This document shows, in pieces, positions 51,880-62,719 of a stretch of 64,000 bases of DNA (the first letter of the stretch is position 1; each line of letters begins with the position of its first letter). Under the pieces are notes generated by a model, which was not told where the DNA came from, made no database searches, and saw only the letters and a program-made list of their open reading frames with translations. This stretch comes from Takakia lepidozioides (taxonomy: Eukaryota; Plantae; Bryophyta), in contig CM060732.1 of the NCBI GenBank assembly GCA_030704615.1, positions 40,982,001-41,046,000 on the forward strand. The letters run 5' to 3'. The translations under genes were made by a program, and so were the position numbers.

Positions 51880-54150
51880 TCACTGCATATGGTAAAACGG
51901 ACCTACATACTCTTCAGATATTTTGGCTTTGCTTCTGGTTACTATCATTGTACTTACTTCTGGTACAACACATGGCCTAACCATGTGAGCTGCCACCACT
52001 GGCCCCTCATTCACAGGAGCTCTCATCTCATTCTGGTGTCTGATCCAGAATGGACAGGCTGCCTTGCGATGTCCTGCCTGATTACAATAGTAACACAGTT
52101 CTTCCCCATTAGGTCCTCGCCCTTGGTCTGTTCTGGGATTGTTTCTGTAATCCTGATTCCCTGGCTGGTAATTCCCCCTTAGATTACCCTGATAGTTGCC
52201 TCTGGAATTCCCTTGGTAATTCCCTCTTGGATTACCTCTTCCTTCCATGCCATTGTTATAACCACCAGGCCTACCATAGTGGTCATGATCACTGTTTCTT
52301 CTTGGCTGGGGCTGCACTTGATGCACCCTTACCTGCCTTGGTTCTCTTGCTGCTGTCCTTCTGTTGTAGTAACAATTCTGAGTATAATGGTTATCCATTT
52401 TACAGATAGTACAGTGTTTCTCCTTCATGTGGCATTCAGTGGTGGTATGGCCTTCATTCTGGCATTTTGCACACCAAACACCCTTCCTCCAATGTGTTAC
52501 AGCCTCTGTGGCATACTTCTTCAAGATTTCTTCTAATCTTTTCTCATAGTTATTCCTCTTCAACTTTTCCTTCCTCTTACTCTTTCTCTTAAGCTCTTGC
52601 TCTTCTTCTTCATCCACTCATCCTCAGAGTCCTCATCATCCCTTTTCTCTCTCCTGAGCATTCCCAATTGCTCAATTTTGTTCGCTGTTTCAAATGCCTC
52701 CTCCACTGTATTATGGGTTAACATATCCACTTTCTTTTGCAACTCTGGTCTTAGTCCACTCACAAACCAAGTCTTCTGTAAACCTGGTGCTGGTACAGCA
52801 GCCAGCTTTTTCATCATCAATTCCATCTTTTCCATATACTCCTCAACAGTTTCATGCTTCTTTTGCTTTAACTGTTGTAAACTTCCATACACTTCATCCT
52901 CAGTTTTACTTGTCCTGAACCTATTTCGGAATGTTGTATTCAAACCATTCCAGGTTAGGAAACGATTATCAGGGAATCTTGCATACCATTCACTTGCTTT
53001 CTTTATAAGTGAACAAGGAAACAGTCTCATCTTGGCATCATCGTCATTCTCATTGTTCACAATACACATGTGCTCAAATTGGCTAATGTGTACATCAGGA
53101 TCCCCTTTTCTTGAATATATTAGAAAAGGTGGTTTTGCCCGTGTTGGTTGTAACGCTATCTGTGGCCCTACCTCCTGCCCACTGACAGGTGCTGGCCCCC
53201 TTGCTGGTGCTGGTCCTTGAGGACCTGTTGTAGTTGTGGTGGAACTTCCACCAAGTGCTGGCCCCGAGCATTCCCTGCTACTGGCCCCACTATATTCACA
53301 GTATCCCCAGCTCCAGTTGCACTACTTCCCACACTCCCTGTCCCCCCAGAGCCAGATCCAGGCTGCCCACCTGATCCCCCTGAGCCGACACCTTCGTTGG
53401 CCTGTGATCCAAGTGCTCCACTTGATCCAGGTCCAACGGGTTGGGATGTCCTGGTTGTAGTCTCAACCTCAGCTGTTGGGTCTACTTCTTCATACTCTTC
53501 CTCTTCCAATTTCTTCTCTCTGTTTTCATCTTCCAAGTTCTGTCCTTGGGTTTCTTCTTCTTCACTCATGTAACTCAATTGCAATGGTGTTAGAGAGTCT
53601 GAACTCTCCGTTGGCTCTGCCACATCCTCTCCTCCTTCTTCGTCTTCCGTTTCAGAAACTGAAGTTCCTGCTTTTGGTGTTCCATGCCAACTCTTGTCAA
53701 AGATTTCTGTCAAATCTTATATCTAGGGATGTACTTCAGATCTTTCACCTCGTGGTTGATCTTCTTCCTGTACCAATCCCCTTAATCTTTCTTGCAAAGA
53801 AAAAGAAAGAGTGGCATCCAGTGTTGGTATCCAATGTGCTCTTCCTCTACAGGCCACCTGATAAATCTTTATCACTCCTTTCTCCAGACCCCACTCAGGA
53901 TCAACATCATGTACTCTCTTAAGAATGTTTTCTTTACAACCGTCTGGCAATTCCAAGAACCTCTGAAAGAATTGTTTGGACAATCTTTCATTCTCAGTTC
54001 CACAGGGAATTTGATTCACATCAAATTCTTTAATTCTCCAACCACCATGATCCCACCAAATGCCTGTCACATCTGGTTGTTTATCACCCAGTTCCCCAGT
54101 ATGGTCGTCAAATGTCGAGCGGCTTTTACTCCTTCGCTATCCGAGGTGGA
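51880..54150 (-). mobile_element. LTR retrotransposon (Ty3/Gypsy-like) gag fragment 1, frameshifted, pol missing
   Basis: Gag core MRLFPCSLIKKASEWY...LKQKKHETVEEY...FVSGL; CCHC knuckles CAKCQNEGHTTTEC, CTICKMDNHYTQNC and CYYCNQAGHRKAAC; ends at VTRSK; (GNYQGNxR) repeat. Confidence 0.85.
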
Positions 54151-54716
54151 AACTCCAAGATAGAAGAGTTGGATATCTCTAAGCACTCAGCTCGCTCAGA
54201 ACAATCAGGCATGACCTGCAGCTAGTGAATCATGGTTGTGCTTCCTATTTATATTCCTTCATGCCTTCATGTTATCAATTTACCTTATCGTATATACTGA
54301 AGCATCAGATTGCTTCAGTATCTACTAAGTTCCAGTTAATCATGCATTCATTCCACAGCTTCTCTCGTGTCTCTCTACACAGTATGTTTGTTTCGATTCA
54401 ATATCGGATTAAGATTAATCATGTATCATGCCTATGCCATGGTATCTCTATTCTATCCTACTGTATAATTCTACAGCTTGCATGAACTAAGCCTCATTCA
54501 AGTCATCATCTCCTCTTCACTATTTTCCGCTCTTCGTTACGTCTCTTCCTCCCTTCAACAAGTCGCCCTCCTCAAAAAGTGATCCCCTTTCCGTTGCCAC
54601 CTTCCTAATCTACCCGCAAGCTGTTCTAACCACCTAACTAACTAATCGTCACCCCTGAAGTAACACATTCCTTCTGCAGATGTCGTTCCCTGTCAATGAT
54701 AACTGTTCTACATGTA

Positions 54717-54785
54717 CTGTGACAGGCTGTGTCGAGCTGTGCCGAGCTGTGACTGGCTGTGCGAAGCTGTGTTGGGCTGTGTGAC
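54717..54785. repeat. 10-bp-period tandem array GCTGTGNNNN x6
   Basis: GGCTGTGTCGAGCTGTGCCGAGCTGTGACTGGCTGTGCGAAGCTGTGTTGGGCTGTGTG. Confidence 0.8.
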
Positions 54786-54896
54786 CCCCCTAAAGCCTGC
54801 TCCTGCCACCCCTAAGGCTCCTGTTGGTCTCAGTCTGCGCAAAAATTAAGGGTACCCCACAAAACCCATAAAAGCGTCTAAGTCCCAAGCAGCCCT

Positions 54897-56457
54897 CTAA
54901 ACTTTCTTATCAGCCAAATTCATATCACTCACACATTCTTGCACTGTAACTCGGTTCACAACTCGATTGGTATTAGTGTTTCCAAAAGAATGTGACGGCC
55001 CCGCAGTTGGTGGTACTGGTCCTGAATCAAGAAGTGGAGGGATCGATGAAGTTTGCTGATGGATGGGATTTTGGGGATATGGACTCTCATATTGTTCAGC
55101 AATATGTCCCTGACCTCCACAACGCCCACAAAGCGGGATATAATCAACCGGGGCTTTTGGATTAGGGCATTCGCTGGCAATATGTCCCATCTCATGACAA
55201 CGATAGCAAATCGGGTATTGGCCATTCCTCAATCGTCGAGCAGGCGGCCGATAAGGAGTATTGGTCTGTTGTGGATACATCTGCTACTGTTGGCCTCCTC
55301 CGCCCCCATAGGTTTGACCATAAGCTCCCTGAGGTGGTATCCCCCGCACTTGCTGTCGAGTAGGCTGATTAGCCGACTAGTACCAGCTCTGGGGTCCTCG
55401 AGTTGGTCTCTAGGGTTGTTGAGTCTGAGGAGGTTGGTCAGACCATTGAGCAACCACATGCTGGTTAGCAGATGGTGGGGCCAACCTGATTTGATTGACA
55501 TCCCAACCCGTCCTTGATTTATTCTTTATTGGAGTTAGACCCATAGCCGATTGTAAATGCCAACATTGTAATATCACATATCTTGTTCTACCACAATAAC
55601 CACATTTAGCAGCAGCTCCATTAATGGGATTGGTCACTGGGTCCACCGGGCACTCATTAGCAAGATGTCCATGAACCTGACAATTAGAACACCACATATT
55701 GGATCGCTGATTATTTGGCTTGGGCCGGTCTCCCTTCTCGTCTAGAAGCCAATTGGACAGAGAGTTTCTCCATTTTCTTATTTAAAGCAGCAATATGCCC
55801 TTCTTGCAGGTCAACTATTACACTAGCTGGTAGTTGATTTTGCAAGGATACAGGGGCATACATTCCCACAGTAGACTGATTTGAAGAAAGAGACATAGTC
55901 ATTGGAGCTAACGATGCTTGTGGGGCCCAGGAATCAGTATCAAACATTGTCGTGGGCCCAACTGAATAAGTAGTGATATTAGTAGTCTCCCATAACTTAG
56001 CCCAATTAATTGTTGCTTGCAAATCGGCAGGAATACCTTCTTTAACAAAACGTTTCAGTTCTGCTGGAGCCAACCCTTCTACAAATAGGCCCATCTGCAT
56101 ATGGTTAGGAATATTATGATTATTCCATCGCCGAAGAATATCCTCTAGGCGGCCTGCAAATGAGTCGACCGACTCGCCTTTCACCATATGGAGTTTCGTC
56201 AGTTGCTCCCGTAGACGATCGGTAAATCCCAAGGGTCGAAACTGTGTTAGGAAAGCTGTTTTTAAGGTGTTCCAATCAGGAAATGCTCCATGCTGTTGTC
56301 GATCATACCACTGAAATGCTAAGTCCCGCAAAGTGGCAGGGATCATTGTCAACCAACAGAATTCCGTCCTGGCATTATTAGCAATACAAGCTGTCATAAA
56401 TTGAGCCAAATGGAGGTCAGGATCTGACCCTTGCAGCCCCGTAAACTGTGGCAGGGG
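54897..56457 (-). mobile_element. LTR retrotransposon gag fragment 2 (a different family)
   Basis: PQFTGLQGSDPDLHLAQF...TLRDLAFQWY...WNTLKTAFLTQF...FVEGL; knuckles CSNCQVHGHLANEC, CYRCHEMGHIASEC and CGRCGGQGH. The 5' end is cut at the hairpin. Confidence 0.85.
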
Positions 56458-56833
56458 TGAGGATTATTTGATGAAGTGTGCAGATCAATACGAGAGGAAT
56501 TTAATTGAGATGAATATTAAGACATTTATTGTTGGGAGACAATTACAAGTAAATATAGTGTTCTAATCACGACATAGTAATTCAATTGTGTGCTTTCCCC
56601 AGTGAACGAACCTTAGAACTAATTGATCATCTTTTAGGATTGATTATAGTTTTATATTACATCTTTTTGGCGTTCTAAGGTTCGTTCGCTGGGGAAAGCA
56701 CACAATTGAATTGCTATGTCGTGATTAGAACACTATATTTACTTCTAATTGTCTCCCAACAATAAATGTCTTAATATTCATCTCAATTAAATTCCTCTCG
56801 TATTGATCTGCACACTTCATCAAATAATCCTCA
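56458..56833. repeat. Long near-perfect inverted repeat (162-bp arms 56458-56619 and 56672-56833, 52-nt spacer)
   Basis: Arm 1 TGAGGATTATTTGATGAAGTG...CCTTAGAAC is the reverse complement of arm 2 GTTCTAAGG...CACTTCATCAAATAATCCTCA, with three mismatches counted by eye. Confidence 0.97.
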
Positions 56834-58572
56834 TCTTTTTCTTTCACACAAAATTCTTCCCATTAAACTCCAACATCTCATCACATTAACATGAAGCTTA
56901 CAGAGTCTTTCATCAAATCTTTGTCTCATCACACTACTCATATTCTTCTTATCTCTTACTTAAGCTACTAAAAAGGCAAACTAGCATCTCATGTGCTAGG
57001 GCCTCGGCACTCTCGCTCGAATGACCATGAATACATCGATTCAGCAGAACTCATAGTGTCCTACTCTAACTACCATAACTACCTAGCACTGATTCAATGG
57101 GCTAACATCTATCCTAATAACCCCATTCCTACCAATTATCATCCCCATTATCTGAATTTACTTCCGTTCTAGCATCCTACCCAATTCTATCAAATTATCG
57201 AACCCCATAGTGCAATTTCACATCCAATTCTTGTTCATTTGCACTCCAATTCTAAATGCTACTCCACAAAGAATTTTCTATTATTCTACATAGCCCTATT
57301 CCTAGTTGTGCAGCGCCCCCGCAAACACTATCTCTTAAGAAAAAAACTAAGTCGTCCACTTCATCGTCTTGACAATCACAAGTTTCTCAGCCATGAACAT
57401 GTCTTCTTCCTTCATCATAATGTCTCCACCATTTTCGTTAAGATAAAAAAAAATTGCTGATAATAACTTCAGAAGAAACTAATAAAGAGCTTCACTCCTA
57501 TTTCAAACTATATCCTCCTATAGAATCACTCTATTTTTCTTATGCACTACATCCCCTCAAGCTTCTTCACCATTACATACATGAATACATGACATACTCC
57601 CACACTTATCTGTGTGCGTCATCGCAAACAAATCACTTTCTGCGGTTGTATTGTGGGATATGTTGTCATATGCTTATATAGTTACACTCAAAAACACTTC
57701 CTTCCAGGATCCCAAATTCTGAGGTTTACTATTTTATGAGCAGAAACCATGAGCCATGAGCCATGAGCCGCATGAGCCGCATGAGCGGTGAGCCGAAGTC
57801 TAAGACACGCGGATTTCATGAGCGGACTCCTCCAAATTTGGAAATGCGGCAGATTAAACAAGTATTAAAATAATAGTTTTTAATTTGACCTTGCCATTTT
57901 TGGAAGTTCCAGATCCTGTAATGCGGCGAAAATATGTCGTCAGTAACAAGTCCGCTCATGGTTTTTTAGATCCGCTCATGGAATGAGTGACCGTACAACG
58001 AGAAATCCAATATACCACGGCAAAATGACGTCGCATACTGGCCTGTATAGAGTATTCCGCGGTTTTACATGCCTTAACATTGGAATGAGGCTGACCCTTT
58101 TGCCGCAATTGAACCAATAGAGTCTGCACCAGTAGAGTCTGCAGTACTTCACAATTTTGTCATCTTCGGGTATTCGGCGGGAAAGGTTTGCGACTCAACT
58201 GGGAAATGCGGTGCCGCATTAGGGTTCGCACGTGCGAAATTTCAGGGTGGTTTGGTGTTGGCGAAGGCCGCATCTACCAGTACCTACGACGTTACTTGGA
58301 AATGCGGCGCCGCATTTCCTTGCCGGGGGTCGAATGAGGAAAACAAAGTTTGGGAAAGCAAAAAAACAGGAACCCTCCAACACACAAAAATACATGCACG
58401 TGGAAACACAAGTGAATGACATAGTATTATCTTAGTTCGAGCAAAACAGGTTACTGGTAGGCAAGACATAAGTCGGACCTTTCTGTGGCCAGAGTCAGAG
58501 CTACTTGCAGCAGTACAGTTCTACTATCCGAAAAGGATGGGCGTACCATTGTGTTGGGACCGCAAGCCAAGC

Positions 58573-61500
58573 TCACTGGTCCGTTGGATCCATATTCAGA
58601 AGAGTGTGCACCTCTTGGGGGCTCAACCCTGGTGCATGTATGAAGTGATGAGTTGTGGAATTACACCGGAGTCTCTTTAGGTACACGTAGTACAGATGCT
58701 TGCAAGGGCAGTATGATGCCCCCTTGTTTGCCATGATCTGGAAGTCGGTGCAATTGCAGGTGGGTAATTCTGAAATGGTGATGGTGTACACCTCATTGCG
58801 AACAGCTGAGCCTGCCGTGGCCATCTGATACACACGCCCAAAGCCTGGTGGGGGCACTTGTGTCGAGCTCTGGATTGTACAGTTCATCCGAAGTGCATTC
58901 CCCATCCTTGTCTCGTTCACTTTTGAGGGAGGTCGCCGTCTCTTCGGTTTCCCCCAACGGTGTATAGGATGCTTAGAGTTGTCGTGTCCCATTGTTCTTG
59001 CTCTCACAGGGGTCGGTGGTGGAGGCTATGGAAGCGGAAATGGTTGTTTGGGGACGTCAGTGCGCTGCACAATCCGAAATCCTGTGGCGGTAAGGGCGTC
59101 GGCCTCAACCTGACTCAGATCGCAGCCTGGTTTCATCGGCCACACCGGGGGAGCCTCTGGCATTGTTTGTATGTCGTACTTGGGCTTTCCATACACGTAA
59201 GTCATAATGTCGTGCCTGCAGAACCAGAACTGGGTGGTTGTCGCCTCCGCAAACTTTGCATGGACAAATCTTCCTGTAAAAGTAGGAGCAGGGACAGCAC
59301 CATCTGGATTCCTCCTTATCATCTCTAAACAACATTGCCGTGTATCCACTCGAATTGTGGAACACCTGCCTCGAAACGACGGCTTTGTGCGAGCAATTCT
59401 CCACTGTGACGCAGACACAGTCGTCTCCACAATGGCTTGGCCATACTGTATAACAGCGGGCGGAATCTGGGGCAAGCGAGCGGTGGGAATTTCTCGCACG
59501 AAATCCCCGCTTGAAGGCGATGGCGATCTGGAATTTCTTGGGCTTCCACTGCTGGAAGACACATTGTGCGGCAACATGACGAGACCTCGAGGTGCTGTCC
59601 GAATGTTCCTGTCGGATCTCCAAGAATCCTCTTCGTACCTGGGTTCCTCTTCAATCCTCTGCCTCACAGGACGAGTATGGACGTCCCCCTCTAGGTGTTC
59701 ACCTCTGCGGTGCAGAGGCGTCCCTTTGATCTTCTCTCGCAATGTTGTCGCCCATTTCAGTGGATTCTTCGACCTCGAAGCTGTTCATACCAACAATTCC
59801 TCCATGTCTGGCCCAAAGCCCCATTGTTTCCCGCTCAGGAACTTGTAGTACGTGGCTTGCTGCATGATTGCTCTGTCGATGTCCTCCGTTGTGGCCGTCA
59901 CTACGTCCACCAGATGTGCGGCAGAAAATGCTCGCCAGGATGAATGGACTGATTCTGCCATATTCGTGTTCGGCATGTCCGTGTCGGAATCTAAGCACCG
60001 TTCCTACAAGGACACAAACAATGGTGAAGGACCAATGGAAAGGTCCGTAATAGAAAGACAATTGCACGAAAATGACAGCATCATACCTCCCGCGTGTACT
60101 GTCCGAACTGTCGATACCGGAAATGCCACCACCCCAACCAGCTGTGCAAGGCTCCCAGATTGGTTGTCTCCACTGCACCTGACATGTTCCACCAAGCCTC
60201 GATGATCAAACTTAACCTCTGCGTCATCAAATGTGGGTGCATCCTTCCACGCCGTACAAAGGACGCGGTGTTCAGCCTGGAATGAGCTAGCAACAAATTT
60301 GGTAGTGTAGTGAGATAGACTCTGCATCCAATGGAATCCACAGGATCTCTCTTTCCCCTCCATTGGAACATTGGGGTCCTCACCGTACACGCGCCGCACC
60401 GCTGCCCAGTTGGCCTAGGCGTTGTCTACCATGAATCCCCTGAAATTGGGCTCTGCCAATCCCGCCCTTGTCATCTACTCGTTTATGCCCTCCCCCAGAT
60501 GCATCTCCGACTGTGTGTCCTCCCCTTTCATCTCGCAGATTGCAATCGTCATGAGCCTCTTGGAGTGATAGTCATAAACATGCGCACCCATAGTCACCCA
60601 CTGATGGTTTGTAATTCGCTTGATGTGATCAAACATCACCCAAGCATTCGACAAGTTTCCAGTTGTCATGCGAGTGACCAAGTCAACTCCACTCCTAGGC
60701 CCACACGTCGACATTTTAAAAATGTAACAACGATCGGATTCGCTGCCTTGCCCTGGAAACCTGCTACCTTGGATGTAGTCATATCCAGTCATTCGTTTCA
60801 CCTCCAGGATTGAGTGCAGGTCCGACCCCCGGCCGAACTCCGGCTTGCAAGATACGATGTGATTCCGCACATTTGGACTACAAACGTGCGAGACGGACTC
60901 CAATAGGTCAAGCATCTCCTCTTTGTTCAAGGGCACTCGGTCTGAACCATCTTCAGACATGATTTTGCCAAGAGCAATCTTGTGGGCTGCCTTCAGCTGA
61001 GTTTGCTTTGGTCTGGCTCCGGGGCTCAATTTCACCTCCTCTTTTATGATGTCGTGTGCTTCCTGCCCAGCCTCACGCATGTTGCCTCTCACCAAGGGGT
61101 GGCAGTGGACCCCAACGTGTATGCAAGCTCTAGTCAAGTCCGGGAGCAAATGGATTACGTAATATTGCTTGGCTCTGCACATGGACATGCACGTCGGTGG
61201 TTCTTTGCAATGTGCGCACTTGAAAGTACCCGCAGGAGCTTGGCTGAAGACAATGAATGGATGATGCGTTGTGCCACTCCAATCCGTCTCGTTTCTCCGC
61301 CCTCCTTTGGAGAGTAAGTGGAAGCAGGCGGGATTGAGGCACCTCAGCTTCCCCGCACAGAGGACGTATCGTACACGAACACCATCAGTAATTTTCGTGC
61401 TACTGGTCTTCGTCACACACCAGGGGTGTCCGTCATGCTTTCGATCCATGTCTGTTAACATCCCTGAGGCTTTGTTTGACGAAGTAACAGGTAGAAACTC

Positions 61501-62345
61501 AAAGATGACATTGCCATCGACTTCAAGAGGCAGATACGTTACTTTCCTGACTGGAAATTTGGCATAGTCGAGAGCAGCCAGCTCGGAGCAAGAACCATCG
61601 AGGTGATGTTGCCGTAGGAGCTACACAATGGACCGGGTTGGAGTTATGCTCGAGGGTACATGCGTAGCACCTGCAGAGACGTCCATGTCGGATTTGAACG
61701 ACCGTGTGGAGGACATGGGGACCTCAATGCACTCATCTTCCTCGTCGGAAATGTCGAATACGTCCACACGAGAAGCTATGGAGGGTCTTGACGGTCCAGG
61801 TCGGGAATGATTATCGTTGCATACCTCTCTGTTGGCAGTGGCCGCCTGTCGGTTTCCCGACTCCTTTGTGGATGGTGTGGGCAGCAACTGATTCGGAAAG
61901 GGAATGGGCATTCCCACAGCTCGGTACAGGATGGTGTCTGATGGGGGTACGTGCCATTCGATTCCGCAACCTCCGTCGTTACCTAGCACGAATATGGTCT
62001 CGTCAACCTGTCCAGGAACTTCCTTTCTTCTTCCAAATAAACTGTGCCCGGTTTGAGCTTGAATTTGGAACAAAGGTAAGTTTCAGTCACTCTACAAAGT
62101 CCTCCCTCGTTTGGGATCCAGGCTCTCCCAAGTTGCGGAGGACAACAAACTATAGCGTAGGAATTCGGAGCCATCGAAGACCGCACGAAGTTGGCAAGTG
62201 CGAGGTTCAGTATAGCGACAGACCAAGGCTCACAGGCACCTTGTAAGTGGATCTGCGGAGTCCATCGACGATTGGAAGTCGCACATTGAAGTGGAAAGTA
62301 TTGTTTCAAGCTACATGCATGACTTGGTGGTTCCAGGTAATTCAA
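58573..62345 (-). pseudogene. MULE transposase with GCM/WRKY-like N-terminal zinc domain and C-terminal SWIM finger; disrupted
   Basis: DGHPW...CAGKLRCLNPAC...CAHC...CIHVGVHCHP; DDE core WVMFDH / GFMVDNA*ANW / CGFHWMQSL / TNMAESVHSSW; SWIM PTCNCTDF...PCKHLYYV. One in-frame TAG and several frameshifts. Confidence 0.85.
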
Positions 62346-62719
62346 GGTACTTCCCCAGATTTGCTTTTCTGAAATGAATTCCGTGAACTGCTACGAATGC
62401 ATGTGGGAATCACAGGTAATGACGACTGCGAAGGAGCAAGTCGTAATGCATACAAATTTGTTCGGCTTGTACGTCAAATGGGATGGAACACAGACATTGG
62501 AAGACTACATGACACGTTTCAGATGTGCGTACAAGGACAACCTCTTCGCCAGGGAGCTACAGACAGCAAGAAGGAGCGTGGAGTTTACACATCAGGAGGG
62601 AGTGGGAAAAGCTGCAATGCGAATTGTTTACAGGTGAAGCCCAGTTGCCCTTGTATGCGAAGCCTGGTTATGAGGTTTGTCTGGGAAATGCGGCACCGCA
62701 TTCGCATTTTATTTTTTCG

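Noticed and set aside
57748-57795. CATGAGC repeats as a CRISPR-like array
   Set aside because: Units are 7-9 bp with no unique spacers, in a eukaryotic context; they fit subterminal repeats of the DNA transposon.
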